Source of the DNA: Phoronis australis
Taxonomy: Eukaryota; Animalia; Phoronida
DNA length: 64,000 nt
Assembly: GCA_002633005.1 (NCBI GenBank)
Contig: NMRA01000215.1
Span: 536,852-600,851 of the forward strand
Reading direction: 5' to 3'
The stretch's first letter is position 1, and each line of letters opens with the position of its first letter. Below, piece by piece: positions 22,201-35,720 of this stretch. The position numbers and the translations under genes were made by a program. The notes under the pieces are model-generated. The model was not told the DNA's origin. It saw only the letters and a program-made list of their open reading frames with translations, and searched no databases.

Positions 22201-25200
22201 ACTAATGGAGTACCACCTCTCTTTTTAACATTGAATCTAGATTGAAGGCAGTTGTAATGTTTGCCTTTGTTGCCAATCTCTTGGTGTCGGCATAGCAACT
22301 GTAAATGCAATAATGCAAGTTTACCTGTATCACAGCTGCAAATTTCTTAACAATTAGGAGATGAGATTGTGACAAATACATTTGTTTGTGAAGAAGTGGG
22401 ACAAGTGCTTGACACATGTGTTGCATTTTAGGTAAATACCAGAAAATGTGAGTGGCACTGTGCTATTTCAGGACGAGCCTTGCGATTTGTACTTTTGGTG
22501 ACAAGCTGTCCAAGATGGTTACTGTACTGTTACAGGTTCAGGCTGCCTCCTGGGGGCTGGAACATGGAACCTCTGTCGTAATCGTCAATGGAGCGCAGAG
22601 CAATGTTATCTCAGAAGTTGTGTCTGGCAAGAAAGTGGGCACGTTCTTTACCATGCACCGAGAGTCAGGACTGTCTGTGGACCTTCAGGCCATGAAAGGT
22701 AATCTATTGATGTATTATGTATGGACCTGTGGGCCGTGAAAGGTAGTGTTCAGACCATTAAGGGTAAGTTTTTGGTACACATTTGTGGATCTAGAAATCA
22801 TAAAGCTAGACCAGTGGATCTTGGAAATAGACCGTCAAGCAGTGTAACAGAAGCCTGTATAACACAAAACATGTTTTGTATGATTGTGACGACTGTTGTG
22901 TGTCATTACACTGGTCTAGATACATGTACTCACAGCTGATGCAGATCCTGGTATAAGTATGCATGTGGTACTGGTTGCCAAAATGAATTCATCAGGTCAA
23001 TGTTTTAGGTCTATGATGACTGCTATTTTTGAAGGTGAATAAAAAGTGATAGTATATAATTAGGACAATATGGAGCCTCACGTTCTTGAAATTCATGTTC
23101 AAACTAAACACAAAAATCATCACAAAAAATAAAATGCCAGCAACAAGATTATATACGATTGTTAGATCTTTTAACGCATGTCTTGAATAATTGTTTCAGT
23201 CTTCGAGAATTCCAAAAACATTATTTTGATGAAACATTACAGTACTTTACAGGCCATGTAATATGTATCCCTTGTAAAAATACATTGGAAAGCTTCAGGA
23301 CACTTTTGTTGTTGAAATAAACTCGAAATTGAACAAATCTTTGTCGCTTAGAGTGACTAATCCATTTCTTTTCGACTAGAATCCATTGATCACCATGAGC
23401 TTAGTCATGTTGTCTCTGTTTATCACTATGAGTTGCTCTATCCATGTTGTCAAAATCACCTCAACGTGCTGCTCGAGTCCATTACATAAGTAAACAATCA
23501 TAAGTAAACTGCTAGGTGCAGTAACATCGCATTAAGGGGATTTTATTGTGACAAAACTTTGTCTAAACTGCCTAATAGTTCTGGCAAGATATCCAAGTTT
23601 GGAAGAGTGTGTCTTCTGTGCATTGTATAGGGCAACAAAAATTCTATGTAATTATGGTCAATATTTGAATACAGACACACTCACTGGGATCAAATATTAA
23701 GAATCTTGTGCTCAATGTTACGTAGGGGACACATTTCACTCTGACTCTCAGTTCACTTGTTACTTCAGCCCGGGATGGCGGCAGGTTGCTGGCCAATCTT
23801 ACTGGTTCACAGCGCGCTGACATCATCAACAAACTAGCTAATCTCCTTCTGGATAGACAACAGGACATCCTGGATGCCAACAAACGAGACTTAGAAGAAG
23901 CTCGCGTGGCAGGTACGGCAATGTCTAAAATAGCCATGAGAATAAACCTCGATGAGTTGATTTTCCTGATAATAATCAAGAATTGAATGTTCTTTGTCGG
24001 ATTTATTTATGGACGTTGGCTCAAATATGTTGGATGTGCAAAAAAGAGTTTCCAATCTTCAATGATTGGTATTTCCAAAATTCCATTTTTTTCTGACTCG
24101 TGTTTGTCACCCTCTTTCATATATATCAATGGCAACATAATTTATTTAGCAAGCTACTTTCAAAATGGCGACATAAGGTTTTGCTGGAGAGTAAACCATA
24201 ACAAGAATTTGTGCGACTTCAATTTTTTGCAAGTGAAACTTTTGAGAGACTGGAATACCAAAACGTGAACTTTAAGCTCTTGGTTCAGCCACAACTTCTG
24301 AGAATTTATACAGCATTCACATACCGTCGGATCAGCGGGCAGATTGGACTTCTTATCTGCCATTTGAAAAATGTTGCCATGTGAACTCTTGTGAGATGTC
24401 TGATGCTCCTTCATATTGTCCACCTCAAGTTGGATGACAGATCTGCCTTCTTATGGTGAGAAGTCTGCCTCACGCTGACTTGATTTTTGTTTAGGCTCAG
24501 TTCACTAATTGCGATTGGCTAGAATATTAACATTTTGTGCATTAATGTTATGCTAATTACTCTTATGGCTGCTGATAGGACGACTTTGTGAGTGCTCATT
24601 TCAAGTGGTTGATCTACCTTTTGAATCTATGTCATCTGCCTTCTCATAAAATTATTTGTTTGCTTGCACCATAAGTAACTACTCAAAAAAGTCAGTATGC
24701 CATGTGTTTTTTGCACCTAATTTCCAGGAAATTTGAAATACGAACATGATTTTAAACATGTTATGTATGATCAGCAAGACATTCCTGCCAGTTTGAAACC
24801 CAAAATCACAAATGGCTGATTTAAGCAGTGTGGATTCTTGATTTCCAAAACATGGTTTCAGTTTTTTAGAATTTTAAGAGTACTGTTTAGGACGCCTTAG
24901 TTGATTGTGATACTAAAATGCTTAAGCAAACTTTTCATTAGGTTTGTCCAGTCCCATGCTTGCGCGGCTTGTTCTGTCTCCTGCCAAGCTACAGAGTCTC
25001 TCTGGTGGTCTACGCCAGATTGCGTCTAGTGCACACAACATTCTGGGACGTACGCTGCGACACACCAAGATTGCTGACGGCATGGAACTCCACCAGATCA
25101 CCGTGCCAATAGGCGTCCTGCTGGTTATTTTTGAGTCACGTCCTGAATGTTTGCCTCAGGTATTTGGATGATTTTCTCAATTGTTTAAGTGACTGTTGAT

Positions 25201-28200
25201 TTGTTGTTTACAATAAGTGACTTTTCAAATTTTCGAATGAAACTTTTTTAACGTTATTCTTTTATTGGCGTTTTTGTACCATTGAAGTTTTACTGTAAGA
25301 AGAATGTGGTAATAGTTTGTGTTCCTACAGTATTCAAAATATACTGGGCAATTTTGAAATTCGACAAAGTTTCAACACAAAAAATCACAACCAAATATCC
25401 ATTTCTTCTTAATGTCTAAAACTCATTTCAATTCAGGCAAAATTTTCGACAAAATCTTGTCAGTTGTGGCTCCTCGCATCTTGTCGAAATCGTGTCAACT
25501 TGCTTTGCACTTTCATTTATAAATAAGCAATTAGTAAGTAGGTGCTATAACATCATATTAAACTTTGACTGAACTTCGACATATATCTTTGACTTAACAC
25601 TAGATAAGTGTGTCAAGAAGGTTGTACAAGTTTGACAGTCTCACACAATTCTGTCAAAGTCTGTCCGGTTTTTTGTGAAAACTAACTCCATTTTGCCCTC
25701 TTGGGTATTTTCCTGTGTGTTATTTGTCTTCACGGTATTGTCTTGAGCAGGTACGTGGGAGTATCTTCCGATAATTTAAAATTAAAAGTAGTTTGTTATA
25801 ATCACATTGACTCTCATAAGAATTGTTTTGAGTTCTCCTTTTCTCTAGTGCCCGCTAAGGTTGGTGTTGATTCTGAACATGTGAAATGCCCTTGCATCCA
25901 TTGTCCGGAAAAGGACTAGACAGTGCTCCTGTGTTAGAACTTTAAACCACTGGACTAGATATTCCATTCTGTTCTTATACGGTAAAATGTCACCAATTTC
26001 AGACAAGAATGATTGTCAAAATTGTGCCTTTTCATTTTTCAAGGGATTCCAACATTGTGAATATCCAAAATTTTTCAAAACATTGTCTGGTGGTAGCTGT
26101 GTTATAGAACGTGAACGTAAAAAAGCAATAATTTGATAGTGCATATCTTTCATGAAGAAACAACAATAATTTCACTCGTCGGCCATATTATTTCTTGAGT
26201 TGGTGATATTTTGTCGTAATTCGTTTCTTCCACAGGTGGCAGCACTAGCCATCAGCAGCGGTAATGGCCTGTTATTGAAGGGCGGAAAGGAAGCACAGCA
26301 CTCGAACACAATACTGCATCAACTTGTCTGTGAGGCTATTGAGATGTATGTTCCCAGGGAAACCGTTGCCTTGGTAACAAGATTTACATTTTATTCTATA
26401 TTGCTATTTGAATTACTTGATTTCTCGTAAGAGGTAGGGATTTCTTTGTGGTGTATTTGTGAAATGTACTTTTCTCACGAAATGTCGTCTGCTTTTCTCT
26501 AACTACCAAAATCACTGGCAGGTTCAAGTTTGTGAGGTATGTGACTGTTATAGGAAATGATGCCTGTTTAATTGTTGGTCACAATGTACTTACACCACCC
26601 AGTTGTTGGTAAGTTTTGATTCCCCTGTTTAGAAGTTTTGTTTTCTCTTGAGATTTTTCTGTGCTTATTATCTGAGAAATGATCTGTCAATTTTTCTCCT
26701 GTAGAGCATGGTTGGATTTAGTTAAATTTTGGGTCAAACATTTCTCAAGTGGACTGGTCTTCACCGATTCAAATTCTGAGTTCTGTTTTCTCTTCCTAAA
26801 TGTTTGGCTGTAATGTATTTACCAGTAGTTTTGGATACCATTTTTTTTGGATTTAATTGTCATTTATGAGTCATGCCTGCTGCTATTGGTACTAACTGAA
26901 TGCACGCTCCTGTACAGGTAAACCGTCGTGAGGACATCGCCGACCTGATGCAGATGAACCAGTACATTGACCTGGTGATCCCGCGTGGGTCCAAGGAGCT
27001 CATTGCTCAGATCCAGATGGAGAGTAAAGGGATCCCGGTCTTAGGGCACAGTGAGGGAATATGTCATGTGTACCTGGATGAACAGATAGACCCCGATAAG
27101 GCCCTCAGGATAGGTGAGTCTACAGTGGGAATTGTGGATCTGTAGAGTGTCGAAACCTGTTGTGGGCACAGTGGGGGCATATGCCATGTTGTGTGCCTGG
27201 ATGGGCAATTTGACCCTCAGAGGGTCGTGCGGTAGGTGAGATAGGGGTACCTGTTGCATACGCAAGATGACTATCTGAGTGACGGTGCAGGAGGAAGGTA
27301 ATTTTACCAAATCCAGAACAAAAGTCCAGGTTTTCGATTTTTTCTTGTTTTCTGAGCAATTTTGGTTGATCACTTGCCGTTGATTAATGCACTGACCTCT
27401 AAACTGTTTGTCGTCGAGGTTTAGTTGACTCAAATTCAGAATTCAAAATTGAAATATCAGTTGGGAGACATTGGCTGGTGATGGTGTTTTTTCACCTGAA
27501 ATCTTTAATACTCTATCTGCAGATACCTGTCTCTCGGTATGGTGTCGTAATTTCAGAATGTCACAAAGCAATCTGCATGCATCTTACTCTGAAAATTTTA
27601 AAACAATCCACTGACAAATAATGTTTTTAGAGCGGGGTAACCTGTGTTGTATGAATCCTCAAAATCTATTTGGTGCTGGGAAAAGCAGCTCTCAAAAATC
27701 TCAGTTGAGAAGCAGTTATAGTATAGTTCTGTAACAGCCCTTCGTTAACACAAACTTCTTCATTGAAAACACTACTAAACATTTTGTTTGAAAGCTTGAT
27801 ATAGAGTTGTTCTTAGTATTGAAGCAATCTCCTTTCTTCTTGTGTGCAGCTACGTAGCAAAACACAGATAGACATAACAAACAAACAAATTCAAACACTA
27901 GGCTTTTCTTGACTGGTCAATAGGGACTCCAAAATCTTTACCTGAAATCTGTCACTTTTAACATAACGAAAGATAGTATTGTCTACTATTTCTTGCCTAG
28001 CTATTTTTCGACAATGTTGGTGTACAAAATGGTCATTTACAGCACCCCCGAGTGTACAGTGGAGATAGTTGATAATGTTTAGAGTGTAATTAATTACATC
28101 CACAACTATGGTAGTTCACACAGGGATGTCACTGTAACTCCCTGCTTGTATGCCCCTCTTTCCACTGTCGCGTGAATTTCACTGTTTATTTTGCTTCTTA

Positions 28201-31200
28201 TTTGTTCATTCCCCTTTTTGCCTCATTAGACACGCAGTCTTGAAATATAGCTTGTGCTTTAATTGATTTGTTTGTTATGTCTATCAGTGTTTTTCTAGCT
28301 TTCAAACAAATAGTTAAGTTGTGTTTCCAACGAACCTTCGTTATTAGAAAATTCTGTCTTATTTCTCTACAGTTGAAGACTCCAAACTGGACTACCCAGC
28401 AGCATGCAATGCCATGGAAACAGTGCTGATTCACAAGACTCACCTGAAGGAGAAGTTCTTTGATGATCTCATGGATATGTTAAAGAGAGAAGGGGTAGGG
28501 ATGTGACTAATGCAGAAAGTTGAATGAGGTGATGGAGTTGATTTATCTCAAAATGAAACCTGCAATTTTTTGATCTACTGCCAAACACGGACTTCTAATA
28601 AATTATTGGTGTTTGGAAAGAAATGTATTTGATGGAGAACATTTCTGCACACGATATAGGTTCTGATGACCTTGTTCACAAAACAATTGTGTGTTCCTTG
28701 TTTAATTTTGCACTGACAATAGGTTCTTCCATTTTTCTTGTCATGTATAGTATTTCAATACCTATGTCCAGAAATAGCTTGTGTGTGTTTTTAGAAGTTA
28801 GAATAGATTTGGTTGTTAATTATTTTCAAAATAAATAATCTGAATAGGCCCCACAGTGTCCCTGTATAAAGTTTTTGTCTTTTATGGTTGCACTTTAAAA
28901 TTCTCCTCTCATTTTCTTTAAGGTCAAAGTTCACGCTGGACCCTACCTGAGTTCACACATGAAGTTTGGCCCTCCTCCAGCTTCGTCAATGAGGATCGAG
29001 TACAGCGCCCCCGAGTGTACAGTGGAGATAGTCGATGATGTTGAGAGTGCAATCAATCACATCCACAACTACGGTAGTTCACACACGGATGTCATTGTAA
29101 CTGAAAACGGTGAGCGGAGATGACTAGAATTTCAAGTCATAAGACCCTTTCACACAAACTTCGATACTAGAATTCCAAGTCAAAAGGGCCTTTGACACAA
29201 ACTTCAGTACTAAAATTCCAGGTTATAGGACCCTTTCACACCAGCTTTGGTACTAGAATTCTAAGTCATAAAACCCTTTCACACCAACTCCAATACTAGA
29301 ATTCCAAGTCAGAAGGCCATTCACACCTACTCCAGTACTAGAATTTCAAGTCATAAGTCCCTTTCAAGCCTACTCCAGTACTAAAATTCCAAGTCATAAG
29401 ACCCTTTCACACCTAATCTGATATAAAAGTTGCTTCGATGTCAACTGCGAACTAGTTAGTTAACTTTTCAGAGTGGCTTTTGTAATCAATGCACACTGAA
29501 GTAATTATGAGTTAATGCTTGGATCATTGAAGTTATTACAATATGGTGCAGCAAAAAGTTGCAGATTTTGTTTAAGGTGAAGAATCATCTGCTGTTGTTT
29601 GGATAATAAATGAAATGAAGAGTAAACACAACATGGTCCATTGATGACAATGAGGTCTTCCAATAACTCCAAGAACACCGAAGTTAACTTTCTATCTTAA
29701 AGGCTTTTGCAGCACTAATTAGGTCAAGTCGAAATGCCAAACTTCAAGCTGGAAGGAGTCGGCATCGGTGAATCTTCCTGTCGATGAACTCCATTCGGCC
29801 AATTCTTTTATTGTAATTGGGAACATTAACTAGCAGCATTAAATAACCCATAACAAAAGGTCCCACTCCATAAGACAAAGCAGAAGAAGGGTTTTTGAAG
29901 ACGGAGCTGCATGTAATAGGACTTATACATGATTTAATAGTTCACACCGACCGATGATCCGAACACATTGATGCCCATCTGCAATCAGGATTGATGTTTG
30001 TTTTTTGTTTCTGATCACTTTATTTTGTTGTTGTTGTTGTTGAACTGTAGTTTAACATACCGTGGATATAAACACAATTTCTTTGGCTTAACACTCATGT
30101 TCGGCTGTTCACCCACATTCTCACTTCCAACATTTTTATAGAGTAAAACATGTTCGGTTATATGCTGATACTGTACTCATACAGTCGGCAGTTTTAGTTA
30201 CATCAAAACACCCAGGTGTTTGAACGCTGCCATGAAAAACCACTGCCCCAAAACACAGTAATTTACTCGTGTCTAAAGCAATATGCTGTTCATGTTCAGC
30301 TTATATTTTGTTTGGTCTTTTAGGATGAATAAATAGGTTGATACTGGAGAGGTAAAATGTAGGTTATAAGGTACACCTTTATTCTCCAGCCATGTAAAAC
30401 AAGATATGGGGCACACAAGACATTATATCCGATTTCCATTTCCTCTCCCTTTGCGTGCCGTTTTGCGTCTTTCCTATCCAATTTGCCCTTGCCTGTCTGG
30501 TTATGACGCCATCTCTCTTGCCTAAGAAAGCACAGCATGTGTACTCAAAAGATGGTGATTTCATGCATTTATACTGCTGAAGAATAAAGGACTCTATACT
30601 TTGATTTTTTTACTTGAAGTGGCTGCCATAAGTGCAACTCTCCACGCAGTAATCCAAATCAGAAGTTTGGCTTAATCTCCACCCTGTCTTTATCGAGAAA
30701 ATTTAAATATAGATGGTAATTTTTGCTTAATGCATTCCCCTCATATTTGAGTGTAACAATGTAAACGCCCTGAGCGTTAACTAGTATGGGATGTCTGCCA
30801 TTTTCGTACAAGTAAAAACATAAGAAATGAATTTCCACAGCACTTAGCTGGGTTATGTTCAGCAGACCCAAGACTCCCATGAGTAAAACTAGTGTAATCA
30901 AATGCTCTGCGACTTGTAATGAATGGCCATATCCTTCCAAGACTTGTATGATCTTTCCTTTTTGGCGTTTGTATTTTGTCTATTGAATGAGCACCTGTTG
31001 ACTTTTTTCTAATTGTGTTACAGCCAAGACTGCTGAACACTTTTTACGATGCGTAGACAGTGCTTGTGTATTTCACAACGCCAGCTCCAGGTTCGCCGAT
31101 GGCTACAGGTTTGGACTGGGTAAGAGGGATGGACTGTTTTAACCAACGTTGTTTCATACACCTGATGCCACAATGCTCAACGTTTTTGGATTTTTGGCAA

Positions 31201-31550
31201 ATTTTGGCTGTGGAACTGTCAATTTACTTGTGGAGTTGTGTTTTAAAAGTGTGGTAAACAATTTTTCTTCAAAAAGCCATTACGTACTAAGCCTTTCATT
31301 TGTAGTGAGTTCAGATTCATGTTTTGTGCAATTGAAATATAATTATATTTGTCTGTTTTCATTTGTTTCAGGAGCTGAAGTGGGTATCAGTACTACCCGG
31401 ATCCACGCCAGGGGACCCGTGGGTGTAGAGGGTCTACTCACCTCCAAGTGGGTACTTCAAGGGTCAGGGAATTGTGTGAAGGACTTCAGTGAGGGCGGTC
31501 TCAGTAAGTACATCCACCAATCGCTGCCTTTGGACAATGAAAACCTATGA
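16206..31550 (+). CDS. ALDH18A1: Delta-1-pyrroline-5-carboxylate synthase (glutamate 5-kinase + gamma-glutamyl phosphate reductase), 14 coding exons, 769 aa
   Basis: Exons 16206-16454, 18858-18998, 19464-19568, 20457-20609, 21942-22160, 22536-22698, 23769-23912, 24942-25159, 26236-26373, 26918-27113, 28373-28494, 28923-29109, 31024-31119, 31372-31550. All introns are GT-AG, phases are compatible, total 2310 nt. Motifs: [61 protein letters not shown] (catalytic Cys), [29 protein letters not shown]. Candidate AATAAA at 32923. Confidence 0.97.
17260..18488. repeat. ~600-bp tandem duplication across a single-N gap (probable haplotype/assembly artefact)
   Basis: 17260-17890 and 17892-18488 are identical except for a 34-bp indel and 2 SNPs, and are joined exactly at the N at 17891. 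Confidence 0.85.
20797..21014. mobile_element. Foldback MITE in P5CS intron 4
   Basis: Long imperfect inverted arms (TGAAAGCAAACCTTGACA...ACAGATGG / CCATCTGT...TGTCTAGGTTTGCTTTCA). Confidence 0.75.
27164..27240 (+). pseudogene. Degenerate intronic copy of the 3' end of P5CS exon 10, including its donor site
   Basis: Translates [23 protein letters not shown] versus exon [23 protein letters not shown], and ends TAG|GTGAG like the real exon. Confidence 0.85.
28038..28139 (+). pseudogene. Out-of-order intronic copy of part of P5CS exon 12
   Basis: 102-bp ungapped match to 29001-29102 with ~10 substitutions, including GAG to TAG. Confidence 0.9.
29122..29416. repeat. 43-bp minisatellite x~7 at the start of P5CS intron 12
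   Basis: TACTAGAATTCCAAGTCATAAGACCCTTTCACAC...; units start at 29123, 29166, 29209 and onward. Confidence 0.93.
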
Positions 31551-33382
31551 TTGGATGGTCAGTGGTGATCGGTATGGAGACGATTGGCAGAAGCAAATAT
31601 TCCCTTTGTTTGGTAACATTGTAAATAGCAATTTGATGTTTGAAGCTGAAAGATACAATGATGTGGAAGAATGAAATCTACCAATAGTATTGTTTTGGAT
31701 CATGATAGTTCTACATGTTGTGATATTGTGGCAATTTGAAGTAGAGATGTCTGCTGCATGCATAGAGCACTCTATACGTTAATCCATTACATCAAGTTGT
31801 TAGACTCCAAGTCTGGACAAGATGGTGTTCCAAATATGTGTAGCCGATTTCTGTTCTCGAAATCACCTTTTCTTAACGAGAGTGGTCTTAGCCTCAACCA
31901 GGTTGAATTTTTTGAAGCCTAGGCAGTGAACTACGCTGTTTGTATTATCCAACCCAACTGTTGCCAAGTGACTAGTTTGCCTAAGGTTACATTGCTGCAA
32001 ACTTTCTTAGTGTTAGCTTTGGTCAATAGGTGGCAGGATAAATAAGAGAGTGCCTCAATCATATGCCTGAGTTCTTGTCTTTGTTTCTCAAAAATATTCT
32101 GTTTTTCCTTCGAAATATAGTTTCGTGGTGGCTTCTTTCATGCTCGGACCAGTTTATGGAAAATTGGAACTGGATGAAATTTTATGGATAAATGCTTGGT
32201 TCCAGTTTGCAGGGTCCACACAGTGCCAATATTTGGCCCCTTTCCCCTATGAAAAATATTTAAGTCACACGAAATTTCCTCCATCAGACCCAATAATTTT
32301 CCTCCAATTATTAAAAATTCCCTCGTAGTATTAGTTAGAATCATCTTTGGCTACTTGAGGCATTGCTGATGAGTGGTGGAGGCCCGGGGGTGGTGACGGG
32401 AGAGGTCAGGGATGTTGCAAATTCCCCAACAAAAAATTCCCCTCACCTAATGCGCGGACACCTATCCCCTCAAGTGGGCCTGAATTGTGTTTGTATTTTT
32501 ATTGTGTTAAGTGTCCATCTGCATTTTGTGGTGCTGTGTGACATTGGTTATGTTCTGAATCAGCTCGTTGCTAAAACTTTAAATTTATGAACTCTACATG
32601 TACTAAATGTATACTTGTGTTAATTATGAACATAACAGGTGTACAGGGTTATAAATATGCAGTTTTTTTTCAAATTTACTGTAAGTCTAAGTTTAAGTAT
32701 CTGTATGTTGTTATCATTGCTGGTACATGATCTGAAATGTGAGCGAATGGGACCGGCTATATTTTTGTAGAGCCTTAATTTTGTATTGTACTAAAACGTG
32801 TTGCAGGTTTCTTGGGGAAAGTGAAATATTAAAAGTTAGATTTTTAGTTAGTCTTTCAAAACTACTGAACTGCTAAAAGTGGTCTGTTATTGTGATGTGG
32901 AATTGTACGAATGTCAACGAACAATAAACGAAATGACGAAATTTGAGTGATCTCTATGTATAGTTTTATTTCAAGTGTCGAAATTTTATTTTTTGCTTAA
33001 GTGCTAATTGGTCTCAACCACGACAAGTAAGTGACAGTATTAATAAAAACAACCAAGTTTTCCAACTTCTACAAGTTTCGAAATCTCAAACGTCATCATC
33101 AGGACAAGCAATCTAGGCCATCTAACAGTCTTGACCCACACATTGTACAGTAGAGCTATCAGCACGCACCATGGCAACAAAACATCAAAGACTAGTGACG
33201 ACCTGCTGTGCATCAGCTGCTTATTCAGTTCAGGCTTGAGCTAACTAATGTGAATTGACTCACGGACTTTGTGATAATTCAGCCAGATCCAGAATACTAA
33301 AGCATTTGTAGAATGTGCATTCAGAGTTACAGTGGATGGATCTCTGCTAGTGGTTAATGTGAGAACTATTGTCAGTCACTAA

Positions 33383-34514
33383 CAGCCGATTTCATAAACG
33401 TGGTTTAACAAAACCAGGTTTAAGACTTAAACCTGGTCTTTCTAAGCCTGGTCTAATTTTAGACCTAACTTGCGTTTCACCAACGTGGTTTAAAAGTCTG
33501 AAAGCCCAGTTTTGTTAGACCAGGGAGCGGGTTTAGTAAAACCAGGTTCAAAGTATTTAAGCCAACCCACTGTGTCGAGCTGGGTAAACCCAACAAAGAA
33601 ACTATTGAAGTGCTTCAATGAAACCTTGATCACGTGGGTATACAATGGCATACACTAATAGAATCAGTGCAGACATTTACGAGAAAGGTCAAAAAGCTTT
33701 TCTCATGAGGACAAGTGTAATGTCAGTGCCCAACACATGTACACACGTTAAAGTACATGCGCACGATTAGCCGCTACATGATAAATGTCCAAATTTTTTC
33801 CGTGCCATTTTAGTGTTTATTTTTTGCGGCCAAAGGGGGGGGGGGTAAGACCCCTTCCTGGCAACATTAAATCAGAAACCAATGGAGGTGGAACTCAGAA
33901 GAATCAGAAGATGCTGTCTTCAGTCAAACCTGTAACGCTTTCGACGATGACGCGTTGCTCGACCAGTCGTATTCTGAGGAATCCGCAGGACACCATATGC
34001 AGCACGTACTGGTCTAGACATAGGCGGATCCAAGGGATCTGGACCCCCTCCCTTGATTTTATTGATATCAAATCTATAATTTTCAAATTGTTGACTTGGT
34101 CCACCTTTTAAAAAGTCCTTGACCGACCCCCCCTTAAAAATTGTGGATCCGCCCGTGCTACGTTTGATCTTGTGTCGTCGTAAAAATGGATATTGAAAAT
34201 AGTCCATTTTCACTCTAATACTGCGTCGTAAATGCACACCACGGCATCATTCAGTTGCACCATGCAAGTCTGTCTTATTTAACAGTTAAACCTGGGTCTG
34301 ACCAAGTCCAAAATTAAAGCTGGTTTAAGATCTTAATACAGGGCTAAAGAATATAGACCTCGGTGGTGAAATGAAAACTGACTTAGACCAGGTCTAAACT
34401 GCAGGTTTTACTAGTCAAGACGGCTGGTCTAAAATTTAAGCCACCTTCATTAAATGCAAGTTATCTTTAAACCTGGTCTAAGTCCAGTTTAAACCACCTT
34501 TATGAAATCGGCTG
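33383..34514. mobile_element. PIF/Harbinger-type non-autonomous element (1132 bp)
   Basis: Perfect 16-bp TIR CAGCCGATTTCATAAA / TTTATGAAATCGGCTG, TAA TSD at 33380-33382 and 34515-34517, subterminal AAACC(A/T)GG repeats. Confidence 0.88.
34019..34157. mobile_element. Small GGCGGATCC-type MITE nested in the Harbinger element
   Basis: Ends CATAGGCGGATCCA / TGGATCCGCCCGTG; same type as 3449-3587. Confidence 0.7.
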
Positions 34515-35720
34515 TAAATGTTCTTTAGCCCGGGTTTTCAGATAGCGAGTAGTTTCACCAATGTAGCTGAAACCACAATCTGTACAGACAAATTTATACA
34601 CTATCCTGGTCTTAAGGGTTTTTTAAAGTTTTATCCTTAGTACTGAACACACTAAATAATTTTAGAGATTTAAATGTTGAAACACTTCTCAGGTCTCTAC
34701 AATGCTTCACAAGTTCGTCAATTTTACTCTGGACAATCTTGGAAAAGTAGCCAACGAAGGGTATCTTAAAACATTTCATACAGTTACTTTTGGTCATCAG
34801 GTCGGAAATTACCGACATGTTGAAATCTCGTTTAGGGATGGTCTTGGCCTTACGTTTGTTTGCTATTATTAAAATGAGGTGATATTTTATGAATGTTTCT
34901 ATTCCCTTTATTCCCAGTACGAAATAATGAAATTGCACTTGCAAGAAATTAAAGCAAATAACGTAAAATTGACTAAAATGTAAACTTGAAGTTGTAGTAC
35001 TTTTCCAGATTAACTGAAAGAGTATGACCTACAATTAAAACCGTTGTAAAGGAAAGACTCGTGTGTTTGAATACAGTACATGTAAGTATCCGACGGAGCA
35101 TCTGCGCATTCATTGAAAAGCGATCCCGTGTATTGGAATAGGGAAATACCTGCATGTGGAACACTGTGCCTAACGGACTCTCCTCATACACCGAGGTGTA
35201 TTGGAATGTCGGGAACTGTGTGTTTCGCCGACATTATAGGAATGTTTAGCATGACGTCATTTTGACGTCATTATGACGTTTTGGACCCAGTTTGACGACA
35301 TGTCTTCTACTAGTCCGGGACCAGATTGTGTCAGCTGCTGACATGACACGTTATCCCGAAACATCCGAATATCATCGGCTACCCAGTCCTAGCTGACATT
35401 GAGCCATTCCCTTCTTTGTGAACTTTCTGTTAAAACTACATGTTGCCCCGCTTAGATGTATCTACAGAGTGGCTAAAGAACAAAAATCAATTTGCGTCCT
35501 TTCTCATATAAAATCGATCTTCTACCGTGATGGGATTAATATTCTATTTCTCTTGCCAAGTTGAACCTCGAAACCATCTCAGCGATTCAAAAAAAGAAAC
35601 GCTTCAGGGTTTATTGGGACTTGGCCAACCCTAAAATTGTGTATCCGACTATGGCACATGTATACATGTGAGTTGAGTTGCCGACTCATTCCACAGTAAT
35701 TCAAAAGCTGATGGGCGTGT

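Larger units (their letters stand above)
33030..34800 (-). mobile_element. 5'-truncated Penelope-like retroelement (GIY-YIG endonuclease relic + decayed hammerhead), split by a MITE
   Basis: Minus strand: FKIPFVGYFS...FSTKDK, then IVYKFVCTDCGFSYIGETTRYLKTRAKEHL (34610-34515). It continues at 33382 as LVTDNSSHI...C...C...CFSILD...KVRESIHI..LKPELNKQL, with stops and frameshifts, followed by CTGATGA...GAAAC at ~33066-33106. Confidence 0.88.

Noticed and set aside
29122-29416. CRISPR-like regular repeat
   Set aside because: Contiguous tandem units without unique spacers, in a eukaryotic intron, with no cas genes.
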